The position numbers and the translations under genes were made by a program. Shown one piece after another: positions 33,900 through 44,336 of a DNA stretch of 64,000 bases. Numbering within the stretch: position 1 is the first letter of the stretch; the number at the start of each line of letters is the position of its first letter. The DNA comes from Candidatus Marinacidobacterales bacterium (GTDB taxonomy: Bacteria; Acidobacteriota; Vicinamibacteria; Marinacidobacterales; SMYC01), in the NCBI GenBank assembly GCA_965237955.1, contig OZ250169.1:2656001-2720000 (forward strand), given 5' to 3'. The notes beneath the pieces were generated by a model. That model ran no database searches. It saw only the letters and a program-made list of their open reading frames with translations, and was not told where the DNA came from.

Positions 33900-35047
33900 A
33901 AGCCCTCCGCCGTTTCCGTGGAACGACGCACCGGAGCGTTCGAGCCGGTCCGTCCCCCGTTCCACTGAGTACCAACACGCATTCCACTGAGTACGAGCAC
34001 CGCCGCGACACTCGAGTACGTTGCAGTCCAGAGACTGCGCACCACCGAGGCGTGCGCGAGATTGAGAGCGCCCATGCCGAGGGCGAGTGTCATGAGAAAG
34101 AGAAACCTCACCGCCTGGGGCTCCGCGAGGCCCAAAGCGACGAGGCGATGGGAAAGATGGCAGCGGTCCCCACGATAGAGGGGCCGAGAGTCGCGCAAAC
34201 GGATGACGATGACCGAGAGCGTATCGATCAAGGGCACGGCCAGAACGAGAACCGGCATCAGCACCGGAAACAGCGTCGACGACGCGGGACTCACATAGTG
34301 CTCGAGGATCGTGAGAGACGAGAGCATGAAGCCGATGAACAGCGCGCCGCAATCTCCCATGAAGACCTTGGCCGGATGGAGATTGAATCGGAGAAAACCC
34401 AAGAGTGCGCCCATGAAGGCGGCGAGAATCAGGCACAAGAAGATTTCGCCGAGCGCGACCGCGTTCAGAAAAAAGATGAACACCGAGCTGACCGCGACAC
34501 CCGCTGACAGACCGTCCATGTTGTCGAGAAGGTTGAACGCGTTCGAGATACCGAGGATCCACACAAAGCTCAGAACCGCGTTGAGGGTCGCGATTCCCGT
34601 GAACTCGACTTGGATGCCGCAGGCGACGGGGATAGCGGCTGCGAGGCACTGGCCGCCGAACTTGATCCCGACGGGAAAGCGTTCACCCATGAGGTCGTCG
34701 ACCAGTCCCACCGCGAACATCACGAACGCGCCGGCGAGAAGACCGAACAACTGCAACTTCACGTTGTGCGCCGCGGACAACGCTGCCGCGATGCTCGGAA
34801 ACACGGCACGTACCTCGGCAATGCCCGTCACGTACGGGGCGAGGACGTACCCGATCAAGACCGTAAGCGTGAACGAGAGAAAGAACGCGATACCCCCGAG
34901 CCTCGGGATCGGACTCCCGTGTTGTTTGCGGCCACCGGGTTGGTCCAAAAAGCCGCGCGCATGGGCCAAACGCATGATCCGCGGGAGCAGCAACGTCGTG
35001 CCGACGAACGGGATGGCCAGCGTTAGCACGTAAAGGAGCGCTGACAT
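33896..35047 (-). CDS. wecA: MraY/WecA-family undecaprenyl-phosphate GlcNAc-1-P transferase
   Basis: DQPGGRKQH..PIPRLGG, GLVDD, NAFNLLDNMDGL, VFMGDCG, HLSHRL. Confidence 0.9.
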   Translation of the reverse strand: MSALLYVLTLAIPFVGTTLLLPRIMRLAHARGFLDQPGGRKQHGSPIPRLGGIAFFLSFTLTVLIGYVLAPYVTGIAEVRAVFPSIAAALSAAHNVKLQLFGLLAGAFVMFAVGLVDDLMGERFPVGIKFGGQCLAAAIPVACGIQVEFTGIATLNAVLSFVWILGISNAFNLLDNMDGLSAGVAVSSVFIFFLNAVALGEIFLCLILAAFMGALLGFLRFNLHPAKVFMGDCGALFIGFMLSSLTILEHYVSPASSTLFPVLMPVLVLAVPLIDTLSVIVIRLRDSRPLYRGDRCHLSHRLVALGLAEPQAVRFLFLMTLALGMGALNLAHASVVRSLWTATYSSVAAVLVLSGMRVGTQWNGGRTGSNAPVRRSTETAEGL

Positions 35048-35049
35048 AT

Positions 35050-35463
35050 TTATCGCTCCGCCTCCATCCACTGATGGGAAATACCAACGCCCCGAGGCGA
35101 GTTCCCCACGTGCTTTTCAGGGGCACCATCGGCCGCCATCCCGGGTCGGTATTTCCGTGTAAGCTCTTCTGAAATAGAGGTTTTACTTGAGCCGGGCACC
35201 TTCGTTGCCGGAGCTTTGGACCCGTCCTCGACGAAGATGCTCGTCTTCGGAGTTCCAGCCGGATTCGCCGTGTGGTCTTTCCCACCCATCGACGTGGCCG
35301 TCCACGGCGAGCTCGACCCGCAAGGCGGGTTGCCGCTGCCTGGGTTACCGGCGGTAGCGGACGAGCTGTTTTCCCATATCTCTTTCATGTTATTCATGTC
35401 AAGGGGGTTATCGGATCGGTCCACCGTGACACGCGTAAGCTGGGTCAGGGAGTGCCCATTCAT
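35050..35463 (-). other. Leader of the wecA-wzc operon: a 137-aa low-complexity ORF and/or a structured RNA
   Basis: Open frame MNGHSL...WMEAER* ends 2 nt before the wecA ATG; several hairpins are also present. Confidence 0.35.
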
Positions 35464-35504
35464 TTCAGGTTTCCGGAGTTGGTTCGGATCGGTACTTCTA
35501 ACTA

Positions 35505-35520
35505 AGCAGGATTCGTTCCA
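35505..35520 (-). promoter_or_regulatory. Sigma54 promoter with upstream IHF-like site
   Basis: TGGAACGAATCCTGCT (GG-N10-GC), preceded by an A/T tract and TTTCAACCATTTA. Confidence 0.6.
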
Positions 35521-35549
35521 GCCGCGTAAATGGTTGAAAAATAAAGAAA

Positions 35550-36755
35550 TTATGTGCGACTGGGGGAAAACGCCGGCGTCACCGCCGCGATTCCCTTGAG
35601 GAGGAGGAGTTCGCGATAAACGGTTTCCGTATCGTGGATGAGGCGTTCCGAGCGGTATTGTTCGACCACCGCGGTGCGAGCTTCGGCGGCACGGGCTCGG
35701 GCGAGACTCGTGTCGTGGTTCTGGAGCGCTTCCGACAGCGCGGTCGCGAGCGCGTCCGCGTCGCCGGGCGGAACCAGGGTTCCGAGGGCCACGTCTCGTA
35801 GCAAGTCGGGGGTGCCGCCCACGGCCGTGGCCACCACGGGCACACCGGCGGCCATCGCCTCGATGAGGGCGACCGGGGTGCCTTCGTTGCGCGAGCTGTT
35901 GACGACGCAATCGAGGTCGGGATACACGTTCTCGAGCTCCGAGAGAAAGCCGGTGAAGTGGACGCGTGACGCGAGGCCGAGCTCGTCACGAAGCTGTTCG
36001 AGGCGCGAGCGCTCGGGACCGTCGCCGATGAGCGCGACGTGCACGTCGTCGACTCGTTCGACGGCGCTGAGGAGCGTTTGCAAATCCTTGACGGGTGCGA
36101 GTCGGCCAACAGAGCCTATGAGCTTAACGTTCTGGTTGAGCCCGAGGCGTCGTCTAAGAGCTCCCGGTCGCGAACGGGTAGCGTCTATTAGTCCATCGAG
36201 CTCTAGCCCGAGAGGGATGGTGTGAATTCCGTGACGAGGTCTCAGCCGATGTGCCACGAGCTCTTCGGCGACGGCCGGGCTGATACCGATGATCGCATCG
36301 GTGATGCGCGCCAGAAACCGTTCCGCAGTTTTGTAGATGTGCGAGCCGAGAGCGCCGAAATAGCCGGAGAACACCGAACCGTGGAAGGTATGGACCACGA
36401 CGGGCACGCCGGTCACGAACGCTGCTAGCCGTCCGAGGGCACCAGCTTTGGCCGTATGCGTATGCACGACGTGCGGGCGCTCGCGCATCATGAGGCGACA
36501 GAGCACGATGAAGCTACGTAGATCTCGAATCGGACGAATCGATCGGCTCAGGGTTGGCACCACGATGGGAGCGACGTTCTTGGACTCCGCGAGATCGAGA
36601 AAGCTTCCCTCGCGATCACCCTCACGCCCTACGACGAGTGTGGTTTGGTAACGTTGCCGATCCAGTCCCGCGGTGAGCAGCACAACGTGGATCGAGGGGC
36701 CGCCGATATTGAGGCGGGAGAAAATCCGCAGCACGCGAATTTTTTCATCCGCCAC
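35550..36755 (-). CDS. GT4 glycosyltransferase
   Basis: RLNIGGP, HTHTAKAG, GRLAPVK, NEGTPVALIEAMA. Confidence 0.92.
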   Translation of the reverse strand: MADEKIRVLRIFSRLNIGGPSIHVVLLTAGLDRQRYQTTLVVGREGDREGSFLDLAESKNVAPIVVPTLSRSIRPIRDLRSFIVLCRLMMRERPHVVHTHTAKAGALGRLAAFVTGVPVVVHTFHGSVFSGYFGALGSHIYKTAERFLARITDAIIGISPAVAEELVAHRLRPRHGIHTIPLGLELDGLIDATRSRPGALRRRLGLNQNVKLIGSVGRLAPVKDLQTLLSAVERVDDVHVALIGDGPERSRLEQLRDELGLASRVHFTGFLSELENVYPDLDCVVNSSRNEGTPVALIEAMAAGVPVVATAVGGTPDLLRDVALGTLVPPGDADALATALSEALQNHDTSLARARAAEARTAVVEQYRSERLIHDTETVYRELLLLKGIAAVTPAFSPSRT

Positions 36756-36771
36756 TTTGTTTACCCGTCAT

Positions 36772-38493
36772 TTACTTGTCGGGCGAGCCCGGATGCGGGA
36801 CCCACACGTTCTCCATGACCAGAGCGTCGACGCTCGAGCGGAGGAACGTGTTCACGGCCTCTTCGGGCGTGCACACGATCGGCTCTTGAATATTGAACGA
36901 CGTGTTCAACACGACCGGGACGCCGGAGGCTCGCTCAAACTCGTGGATGAGCTCCCAGTACAGAGGCTCGGTGGCCTTCGACACGGTTTGGGGGCGAGCG
37001 GTGCCGTCGACATGGACGACGGCGGGAATCTCGTCGCGTTTGCTCGCGACGACCGGTAGCACGAGCAGCATGTACGGTGAGCTCACCGCATTACCGAAGT
37101 AGCGTGGCGCCGCCTCTTCGAGCATGGACGGTGCGAACGGGCGAAACGGTTCACGAAGCTTGATGCGCTCGTTGAGGATTTCTTTCATCTTGGGATTGCG
37201 CGGATCCGCAAGGAAGCTCCGGTGGCCGAGTGCTCTCGGACCCCACTCCATGCGACCTTGGAACCAGGCGAGGATCTTTCCGTCCGCGAGCGCCCGCGCG
37301 GCTTTTTTCGGAAGCTCGTCACGCGGAATCTCTTCGTGCGCGAGCTCTTTCGCGCGTGCCGAGGCGAGGCAACGCTCAGTGCTGTATCCCGGACCCAGGT
37401 ACGCGTCCTGCATTGAGTACCGGCGTGGCTCGCGGAGTTTTTCGTGCAAGACATAAAGCGCCGAGCCGAGCGCGCCGCCGGCATCGTTCGCCGCCGGTTG
37501 AATGAAGAGCTCTTCGAACGGGCTTTCTCGCAGAATGCGTCCGTTCATGACCGAGTTCAACGCGACGCCACCCGCGAGACAGAGCCGTTTCTCGCCAGTG
37601 CGCCGGTGGAGATCGACGAGCATGTGCAACACGGTCTCCTCGAGCACTTTCTGAACGCTCGCCGCGACGTTGTAGTGGCGTTCGGTGATCTCCTCGTCGG
37701 GCCCCCGGGGGGCGCCGAATACGCTCGTGATCTTCTCCGGGTACTCGTGGTGTTTCGCCAGGTGGTGGTCCAGGTAGGTGATGTCCAGCTTGGACGAGCC
37801 CCCTCCGTTGGCGAGGAGCACGTTCTCGCGGAGAAAGTCGTAGTACTCCGGCTCGCCGTACGCGGCCATTCCCATGACTTTGTACTCGTCGCCTTGGAAC
37901 ATGTCGAAGCCGAGGAAGTTCGTGGCAGCGGAGTAGAACTGGCCGAGCGAGTGAGGAAGCTTGACCCGATTCAGAACCCGAATTCGATTCCCTTCGCCGA
38001 CGCTCGCCATCGTCGTGGTGCTCTCACCGGTGCCATCGAGAGTGAGGATTGCGGCTTTGTCGAACGGAGAGGCGTAGAACGCGCTCGCTGCATGGCCAAT
38101 GTGATGCTCGATGTAGTGGATGGTCGCGTCGTGCTCGCCGAAAGCTTCGGACAGCGTGGCCTTGAGCTGGAACATCTTTCGATAGTGCCCGCCGACTTGT
38201 TGCGCCCCGCGCTTCGCGCGCGCCTGGAACAATCGCGGGCTCTTGAGCAAGATCGGAATCGTGTGGCCGATTCGGTGTCCGAGCATCCATGGACGCCAGT
38301 AGTGGGCGACGTGATCTACTTCGGCGAGCGAGATGCCTGCGCTCTGGAGGCACGACTTGACCGCCTCGTATGGAAAACCGATGTGGTGTTTCGCACGGGA
38401 AAAGCGCTCTTCCTCAGCCGCGTGAACGAGCTCGCCGTTCCAAAACAAGGCCGCGGCGGATTCACCCATCGTTGTCAGACCGAGCACATACAT
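36772..38493 (-). CDS. O-carbamoyltransferase (CmcH/NodU family)
   Basis: EEERFSRAKH, EHHIGHAAS, EYKVMGMAAYG, AGGVALN, EWGPRALG, FRPFAP, LNTSFN. Confidence 0.93.
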   Translation of the reverse strand: MYVLGLTTMGESAAALFWNGELVHAAEEERFSRAKHHIGFPYEAVKSCLQSAGISLAEVDHVAHYWRPWMLGHRIGHTIPILLKSPRLFQARAKRGAQQVGGHYRKMFQLKATLSEAFGEHDATIHYIEHHIGHAASAFYASPFDKAAILTLDGTGESTTTMASVGEGNRIRVLNRVKLPHSLGQFYSAATNFLGFDMFQGDEYKVMGMAAYGEPEYYDFLRENVLLANGGGSSKLDITYLDHHLAKHHEYPEKITSVFGAPRGPDEEITERHYNVAASVQKVLEETVLHMLVDLHRRTGEKRLCLAGGVALNSVMNGRILRESPFEELFIQPAANDAGGALGSALYVLHEKLREPRRYSMQDAYLGPGYSTERCLASARAKELAHEEIPRDELPKKAARALADGKILAWFQGRMEWGPRALGHRSFLADPRNPKMKEILNERIKLREPFRPFAPSMLEEAAPRYFGNAVSSPYMLLVLPVVASKRDEIPAVVHVDGTARPQTVSKATEPLYWELIHEFERASGVPVVLNTSFNIQEPIVCTPEEAVNTFLRSSVDALVMENVWVPHPGSPDK

Positions 38494-38522
38494 AGTTGGA
38501 GTTTTCCTTCCTGAAGGCCCCG

Positions 38523-40379
38523 TCAAAAAGTCCTGAGCCAGGTCGAAAGCGTCAGCAGGCAGAAGAGCTGTTGGCTGCGATCACGTGCGCCGCCCATGTG
38601 CTCGTGCACCACGGAGCGCACGGCGTCTTCCCGCAGATAGTCGAAAACGGGAGCGCCTTCGGATGCAAGGTGTGACTCGACGAGTCCCTTGAGCTCGCGA
38701 CCGAACCAAACGCCGAGCGGTACGCCGAAACCCATCTTGCGTCGATGAGTGATCCGTTCGGGGACGAGGTCTTTGAACGCTTCGCGCAGTACCCGCTTGG
38801 TCGTGAGCCCGCGTACCTTGAAACGGTCGGGAAGCCGTCCGGCGAACTCCGTCAATTGAGCATCGAGAAACGGGGAGCGCGCCTCGAGGCCGTGGGCCAT
38901 GCTCATGCGATCCGCTTTGACGAGGAGATCCTCGGGGAGGTATGTGCAGTAGTTCAGATACAGGAGCCGAGCGAGCGGTGTTTCGCCTTCGACTTCGCTC
39001 AAAAAACTCTCGAAGTGTCGATGGGTGTCGATCGAACCGCTCTGCCGCAGAAGCGAGGGGAGCTCATGTGCTCGGAAGAAGCTGCACCAGGATTGGATCC
39101 GCTCGCCCAGGGGTAGGGCAGACGCGTCGAGAAACGCGCGGACGCGGCGAAGTGTGCCGGCGTGAGCGCTCGGCGCCGGCAGCAAGTGTCCACCGAGCGC
39201 GGCCATTCGCCGAAGCGGTCGCGGGATACGCTCGCTGAGCGCTGCGGCGACGAGACGCGAATAGCCGGCGAAGAGCTCGTCGCCTCCATCGCCGTTCAGG
39301 ACTACGGTAACATCTTTCCGCGCGAGCTCGGAGACGATGAAGGTGGGGATTGCCGAGGAGTCCCCGAACGGACCGTCGTGGTGGCGGAGGAGCTTGTCGA
39401 ACAACTCTGGCTCCGGGGGCTTGACTCGAAAACTCGTGTGCTCGCTCCCGAACGCGCGGGCTGCCTCCTCCGCGTATTCGACCTCGTCGTAATCGGGCGC
39501 GTCCTCGAAACCGATACTGAACGTTTTCACGGGGTGCTGTGACATCTCGCTCATCAGACCCACGACGATGGTCGAGTCCAGGCCGCCGCTGAGAAAAGCG
39601 CCGAGCGGTACGTCGGCGATGAGACGCTTTCGGACCGCCTCCCGCATCAACGGCCTCAGCCGCTCTGCTGCTTCGGGAAGCTCGCGGAGGCCGTTGGCTT
39701 GGTAAGGGGGTGTCCAATATCGGTGCGAGATTTTTCTGCCCTCGCCGTCGATGACGATCCACGTTGCGGGCGCGAGTGCATGCACGTTCGCGTACGCGGT
39801 CTTGGGCGCCGGGAAGTAGCCGAAGCTCAGATAGAGCCCGAGCGCGTCGAGGTGCGGTTCGCGAGCGACCGCGGGGTGACGATGGAGGGCTTTGATCTCG
39901 GAAGCGAAGAGGAAGTGCCGGCCGTCGTGGTAGTAAAAGAGCGGTTTTTGTCCGGCGCGGTCGCGCGCGAGCAGGAGCCGGTCGCGCTTTTTGTCCCACA
40001 CCGCGAGCGCGAACATGCCGTCCAAGCGGCGGATCGCGCTCTCTCGATCCCGCTCGATGAGCTTCAGCACGACCTCGGTATCGCTTTGAGTGCGAAAGCG
40101 CACGCCACAGGCTTCGAGCTCGCGCCGAAGCTCCCGGAAGTTGTAGACCTCACCGTTGAAGACGATGGCGAGGTCGCGCGCCTCGTTCCACATTGGCTGG
40201 TCGGCTCGCTTCGAAAGGTCGATGATACGTAACCGGCGATGGCCGAGACCGGCGCGAGCCGAAATCGAAATGCCGGACCCGTCGGGTCCGCGATGAGCGA
40301 GTGTCTTCGTCATCGTCTCGAGGGTCGAGCGCGACGTTTTGCTCCCGCCGAAGTCGAGACTACCGGTGATGCCACACAT
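38523..40379 (-). CDS. asnB: Asparagine synthase-like glutamine amidotransferase
   Basis: MCGI, HRGPD, FNGEVYNF, FLSGGLDS, GDGGDELFAGY, KMGFGVP. Confidence 0.92.
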   Translation of the reverse strand: MCGITGSLDFGGSKTSRSTLETMTKTLAHRGPDGSGISISARAGLGHRRLRIIDLSKRADQPMWNEARDLAIVFNGEVYNFRELRRELEACGVRFRTQSDTEVVLKLIERDRESAIRRLDGMFALAVWDKKRDRLLLARDRAGQKPLFYYHDGRHFLFASEIKALHRHPAVAREPHLDALGLYLSFGYFPAPKTAYANVHALAPATWIVIDGEGRKISHRYWTPPYQANGLRELPEAAERLRPLMREAVRKRLIADVPLGAFLSGGLDSTIVVGLMSEMSQHPVKTFSIGFEDAPDYDEVEYAEEAARAFGSEHTSFRVKPPEPELFDKLLRHHDGPFGDSSAIPTFIVSELARKDVTVVLNGDGGDELFAGYSRLVAAALSERIPRPLRRMAALGGHLLPAPSAHAGTLRRVRAFLDASALPLGERIQSWCSFFRAHELPSLLRQSGSIDTHRHFESFLSEVEGETPLARLLYLNYCTYLPEDLLVKADRMSMAHGLEARSPFLDAQLTEFAGRLPDRFKVRGLTTKRVLREAFKDLVPERITHRRKMGFGVPLGVWFGRELKGLVESHLASEGAPVFDYLREDAVRSVVHEHMGGARDRSQQLFCLLTLSTWLRTF

Positions 40380-40383
40380 GGCC

Positions 40384-41712
40384 CTAGCCGACTCCTGCGA
40401 CGGATTCCCGGCGCGCTTCATCCTCCGGAAAGGCCAGGCTTCGATAGATCGACAGGAACCGGCGGGCGCCGTCCTCGAGGGCGAAGTATTTCTCCGCGGT
40501 CGCGCGACAACTCGCGCGCGCGTCGGCGGGGACATCATCGCCGTCGAGCAAAGTGAGCGCTTGGCGGGCGGCGGCCTTCAAGTCGGCCTCCGTCAAACCA
40601 GGGACGAGCACGCCGCACCGGTTGGCGCCGAGTATCTTGTCCACGTCACCCACACCCGTGTTCGTCACCACCGGCACACCACACGCGAGAAATTCCGCGA
40701 GCTTCGTGTAGCTCGAAGCTTTCGCGGCGTAGCTCGGGCGAAGAAAGAAGACCCCGAGGCGAAACGTCGACAGCCACCGGGGAATGTCGCTCGGATCGAC
40801 GGAGGCGACGAGCAAGTCTTCGTCTCGAAGTCCGGCTTCTTGCGCGAGAGTGCGAACCAGCGATTCATCTTGGCGGGTCAGGTAGACAAAGTGAGTGTCG
40901 GGACGGTGCGATTTGACGTGAAAGGCAAAGCGAAACATCTCCGGCAACATGTAACGCTTGTTGACGGCGCCGATGTTGCCGATGACGAGCTTGTCTCGGA
41001 GCCCGAGCTCGCTCGTGAGCTCCCGATCTGCCGGCGCTGGACGGAATCGCTCGAGGTCCGTACAGCAAGGAATAACGGTGATGGGCTTCTCGCACACGGC
41101 TCGTCGCGCGACCATCCGAGCGTTCGCTTCGCCATCGCGCAGGATCTCTTTTGCGCTTTCGGTCAGCACCACGACGTGATCCGAGATGCCGAGAAGAAAC
41201 CGCTCACATCGCTTGCTCAGGCGATAGAGCAGTCCCTGGGGACGAAAGAGCTCCATCTCGACGCACTCTTCGGGCCAGAAGCCTCGCATGTCGAAGACGA
41301 AGCGCGTGCCGAAGAGAAACTTCAAGCTGCACCCGATGAGGCCCGGCAGGTAACTGCGCGCGTGGACGATGTGAACGCGCCGAGCTCGCGCCATACGGAT
41401 CGCAGTGAGGGCACCCACGACAACGTCCAAGAACGTGCCGGCCACGCGAGGCCGCTTGTGATAACGGAGAGGTGTCCACTCGATTCCCCTGGCGTCGAGT
41501 CGATCCCGTAGTTCGCGCCTTCGACTGGCGTCGTCGAGATCCGAAGCCTTCTCGAACGAGAGCACCCGCATGCGGACGCCGGATGCCGCGAGCGCGCACA
41601 CGTAGGGCACGACCTGAGACCTCCCCATGGGCTCCAACAGCCCGGCGTAAGAGATGTAGAGGCTTTCCAGGTGCTCTGCTTTCAAACTGCCGTCGCCGCA
41701 CGCGTCGAGCAT
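40384..41712 (-). CDS. GT4-like glycosyltransferase
   Basis: EPMGRSQVVPY, HARSY, FDMRGFW, VIPCCTD, TKLAEFLACGVPV; start uncertain. Confidence 0.85.
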   Translation of the reverse strand: MLDACGDGSLKAEHLESLYISYAGLLEPMGRSQVVPYVCALAASGVRMRVLSFEKASDLDDASRRRELRDRLDARGIEWTPLRYHKRPRVAGTFLDVVVGALTAIRMARARRVHIVHARSYLPGLIGCSLKFLFGTRFVFDMRGFWPEECVEMELFRPQGLLYRLSKRCERFLLGISDHVVVLTESAKEILRDGEANARMVARRAVCEKPITVIPCCTDLERFRPAPADRELTSELGLRDKLVIGNIGAVNKRYMLPEMFRFAFHVKSHRPDTHFVYLTRQDESLVRTLAQEAGLRDEDLLVASVDPSDIPRWLSTFRLGVFFLRPSYAAKASSYTKLAEFLACGVPVVTNTGVGDVDKILGANRCGVLVPGLTEADLKAAARQALTLLDGDDVPADARASCRATAEKYFALEDGARRFLSIYRSLAFPEDEARRESVAGVG

Positions 41713-41772
41713 CGAATATGACCTAGCAACACCTATGCCACATGGTAACTGACTGAACCTAGACGAGATTTT

Positions 41773-42720
41773 TCAATCATCCGTTGCCGAGCCATGCGGG
41801 TTTCTCCCGACAGACTGTGGGAGCGTCCCTACGTCGAAAAGACGTTGGAGACGCCGCATCGGGGACGCGAGCACGTACGAGATGCCCGGCGGCCACGCCT
41901 TCAGTCCGGAAGCCAAATAACGAAGCGCCTTTCCGGGATTGCCGGCGTGCAGATGCGAGCCCGCGAGAGTAAGGTAGAGGTTGCCGTAGCAACGCCGCTC
42001 GAGAGGGTGAACGGCCACGGCCCCGGGATCCGAGAACATCGATTCGAACGCGCGGAGGATGTCGCGCTCGAACACGTCGACGTTGTTGTGCATCGCGCTC
42101 TCGTGTTGGCGGTAGAGGACGAGCGGCTCGCGGACGAGCTCGATCGAATAATGGCAAGCGATGCGCCGCCACATGTCCCAGTCGGCCGAGGTGGACAGCG
42201 ACTCATCGAACAGGCCCACTTTCTCGAGCGCGGATCGGCGGATGACCGCGGTGCTTCCCGTCGCTGGGACGCCGGGACCGCGAAGGAGCGCGAGTTCCTC
42301 GAGCACGTCACCGCAGCTTCCGTCGAGCATCGTCCCGAGGTCTCGTCCGTCGATGTCGACGTAGCGAAGACCGGTGTACACCATCCGGACACTGTCATCG
42401 TCGAAGAGCTCGACTTGCCGTGCGAGCTTGTCTTCGAGCCACACGTCGTCGGAGTCGAGAAACGCGATCAACGTGCCCGTTGATTCCGCGATCCCGCGGT
42501 TTCGCGCAGCGGAGACGCCTTGATTTTCCTGCGAGATCACTCGAACGCGGCTTTCATATCGACGCAGGACCTCGCGCGATTCGTCGGTGGAGCCGTCGTC
42601 CACGACGGTGACCTCGACGTTCTCGTAGGTCTGCGCGAGCACACTCTCGAGAGCTTCAGGCAGGAAACGCCCGTAGTTGTAGTTGGCGACGACGACCGAA
42701 ACGAGCGGTGAGACGCTCAC
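41773..42720 (-). CDS. GT2 glycosyltransferase
   Basis: VSVVVANYNYG, VDDGSTD, AARNRG, FLDSDD. Confidence 0.92.
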   Translation of the reverse strand: MSVSPLVSVVVANYNYGRFLPEALESVLAQTYENVEVTVVDDGSTDESREVLRRYESRVRVISQENQGVSAARNRGIAESTGTLIAFLDSDDVWLEDKLARQVELFDDDSVRMVYTGLRYVDIDGRDLGTMLDGSCGDVLEELALLRGPGVPATGSTAVIRRSALEKVGLFDESLSTSADWDMWRRIACHYSIELVREPLVLYRQHESAMHNNVDVFERDILRAFESMFSDPGAVAVHPLERRCYGNLYLTLAGSHLHAGNPGKALRYLASGLKAWPPGISYVLASPMRRLQRLFDVGTLPQSVGRNPHGSATDD

Positions 42721-43514
42721 GACGCACCTCGTCTGCAGAGCGCGACGAGCACGGGCGCCTGCTCCACTTCCGATTCGAGGAAACGGTAGTCCTCGACGCC
42801 TGGGTAGAGAGGTTGGTGCCAGAGCCATCGACTGGCGGCGTTGCCCATGCTCTCGGGGAGTTTCGATAGCGCGCGCCACGCGAGCACGTGTGCGTGGCCG
42901 CCATTTGCCGCCAGAGCTTGCTGCTCGTCCCAGAGCGGGGGCACCCGGAACTTCCGGTCGAGCACCTGCCCCATCATCTGAACCGATTCGAACTGCCGGC
43001 CGAGCTCGCTCTCCAGCTCCTCAGGCGTGTACTCGTGCACATGGAACGGGTTTCGAGGTTTCCCGTTGACCGGTTTCGTGTGATTCGCGTTCGGCGTGGA
43101 GAGAATCAGGATGCCGGAATCCGTGAGCACCCGCGCCAGCTCGGACAAGAACCGGTCCCGGTGATGGAAATGCTCGATGGTTTCGAAGCTGACCACCGCG
43201 TCGAAACTGCGTTCACGAAATGGAAGCTTCCGGCCGTCTCCGACGAGAACACGTTCGCCCGCGTGGCCGCGTGCCATCACTGCCGCGCTGGCGTCGACGT
43301 CGACTCCTACGAGCCGCGCGTGTTTGGCGAGCAGAGAAAGCCCGTAGCCCGTCCCGCACGCGATATCCAGCACGCGCCCGCCGCGGACGAAGGCAACGGC
43401 GTGCTGGTAACGTGCGACGTGCACCGTCCACCACGGTGAACCACGGTCGAGAGATTGCCGTTCGACGGGTCCGGGCCTCTTCGCTGGGAGTCGTTCTTGT
43501 CGGGGTTCACTCAT
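42717..43514 (-). CDS. Class I SAM-dependent methyltransferase
   Basis: HVARY, LDIACGTGYG, VSFETIEH, STPN, NPFHVHEY. Confidence 0.9.
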   Translation of the reverse strand: MSEPRQERLPAKRPGPVERQSLDRGSPWWTVHVARYQHAVAFVRGGRVLDIACGTGYGLSLLAKHARLVGVDVDASAAVMARGHAGERVLVGDGRKLPFRERSFDAVVSFETIEHFHHRDRFLSELARVLTDSGILILSTPNANHTKPVNGKPRNPFHVHEYTPEELESELGRQFESVQMMGQVLDRKFRVPPLWDEQQALAANGGHAHVLAWRALSKLPESMGNAASRWLWHQPLYPGVEDYRFLESEVEQAPVLVALCRRGAS

Positions 43515-43682
43515 GACCGGAGGAGTTTGCCTTCGCATGCATTTGTGGTTTTGCTTCGCACCTCACGGGCGCTCCGGAAGAGATCCTTCGGGGTCTAGAA
43601 ACGTTGCGGACGCGCGCTCAACGGCGACGTCTACCGATTTGTCCGGAATGTATGAACTCATGATACCACAGCGGCTTTCGCC

Positions 43683-43795
43683 GATCGGACCATACGGCTT
43701 TACGTCGTCGGCGCCCGATGCTACTGCGGATACATAGCTCTAAAAACTTCCTGGTGCCGTTCGAACTATTGGGGTCTAGAAACTTGGTTCTTAGC
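43683..43795. repeat. 113-bp segment repeated at 46421-46533 (probable IS end remnant)
   Basis: GATCGGAC...CTAGAAACTTGGTTCTTAGC is near-identical in both places. Confidence 0.85.
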
Positions 43796-43800
43796 AATCG

Positions 43801-43920
43801 CACTTCTGGTGCGAGAGCGGATGATCGAAACGGCTTTCGGTTTCTCGTTCAACAACCGAGTCGCCGGCGGCTATCTCGAGTTCGGCGTCTATGCAGGACG
43901 CACCATCACCGATGCGTGGG
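43801..43920 (+). pseudogene. Decayed partial duplicate of the TylF gene
   Basis: Matches 46750-46873 (MIETAFGF.FNNRVAG.YLEFGVY) with indels. Confidence 0.85.
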
Positions 43921-44166
43921 GGCTTTGGTGCACGAATAGCTCTTGACTCCGGCAAGCGCTTCGACTCAGCTTCTCGATACATAGAATATCGAGGAGATAA
44001 ACCCATGGCCGCGCGCAAGTCCACCAGAGTGAACCGCAAATACAAGACGAAGTATCGCGTGACCAACTGGCGGGAGTACGAGCGTGGCCTCAGGAGCCGT
44101 GGCGACATCACCGTTTGGTTCTCAGACGAGGCGCGCGAAGCGTGGACGCCACCGAAGAACGGCTGA
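43921..44166 (+). mobile_element. Left end and N-terminal stub of an IS903-group IS5
   Basis: GGCTTTGGTGCA end; YRVTNWREYERGLRSRGDITVWF. Confidence 0.8.
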
Positions 44167-44336
44167 GCTGGGCAAGCCTGAATCCCAAGCGGACGTCGGG
44201 GAGTACAAGAGGCCGAACACGAGCGCGAGCGAAGGATTCGTGACCATGTCTTGGGAAAATTCGGTCATCGGGGCCTTTGTGTCAAAGACCGATATGCTAT
44301 TCTCTCTTCAGGCAGGGCCGCCGCCCCGTTGGCATC

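Noticed and set aside
32112-34649. 845-aa ORF as one protein
   Set aside because: Only 33899 to ~33020 is credible; the rest is off-frame overlap with wecA and the frameshifted barrel
35072-35380. Known RNA (RNase P, tmRNA, SRP, c-di-GMP or c-di-AMP riboswitch, group II intron)
   Set aside because: Diagnostic motifs of these families were not found by eye
35050-40379. Lasso peptide / RiPP cluster (AsnB as cyclase, small ORF as precursor)
   Set aside because: AsnB has an intact MCGI glutaminase domain typical of polysaccharide amidotransferases; no B1/B2 proteins; no YxxPxL leader
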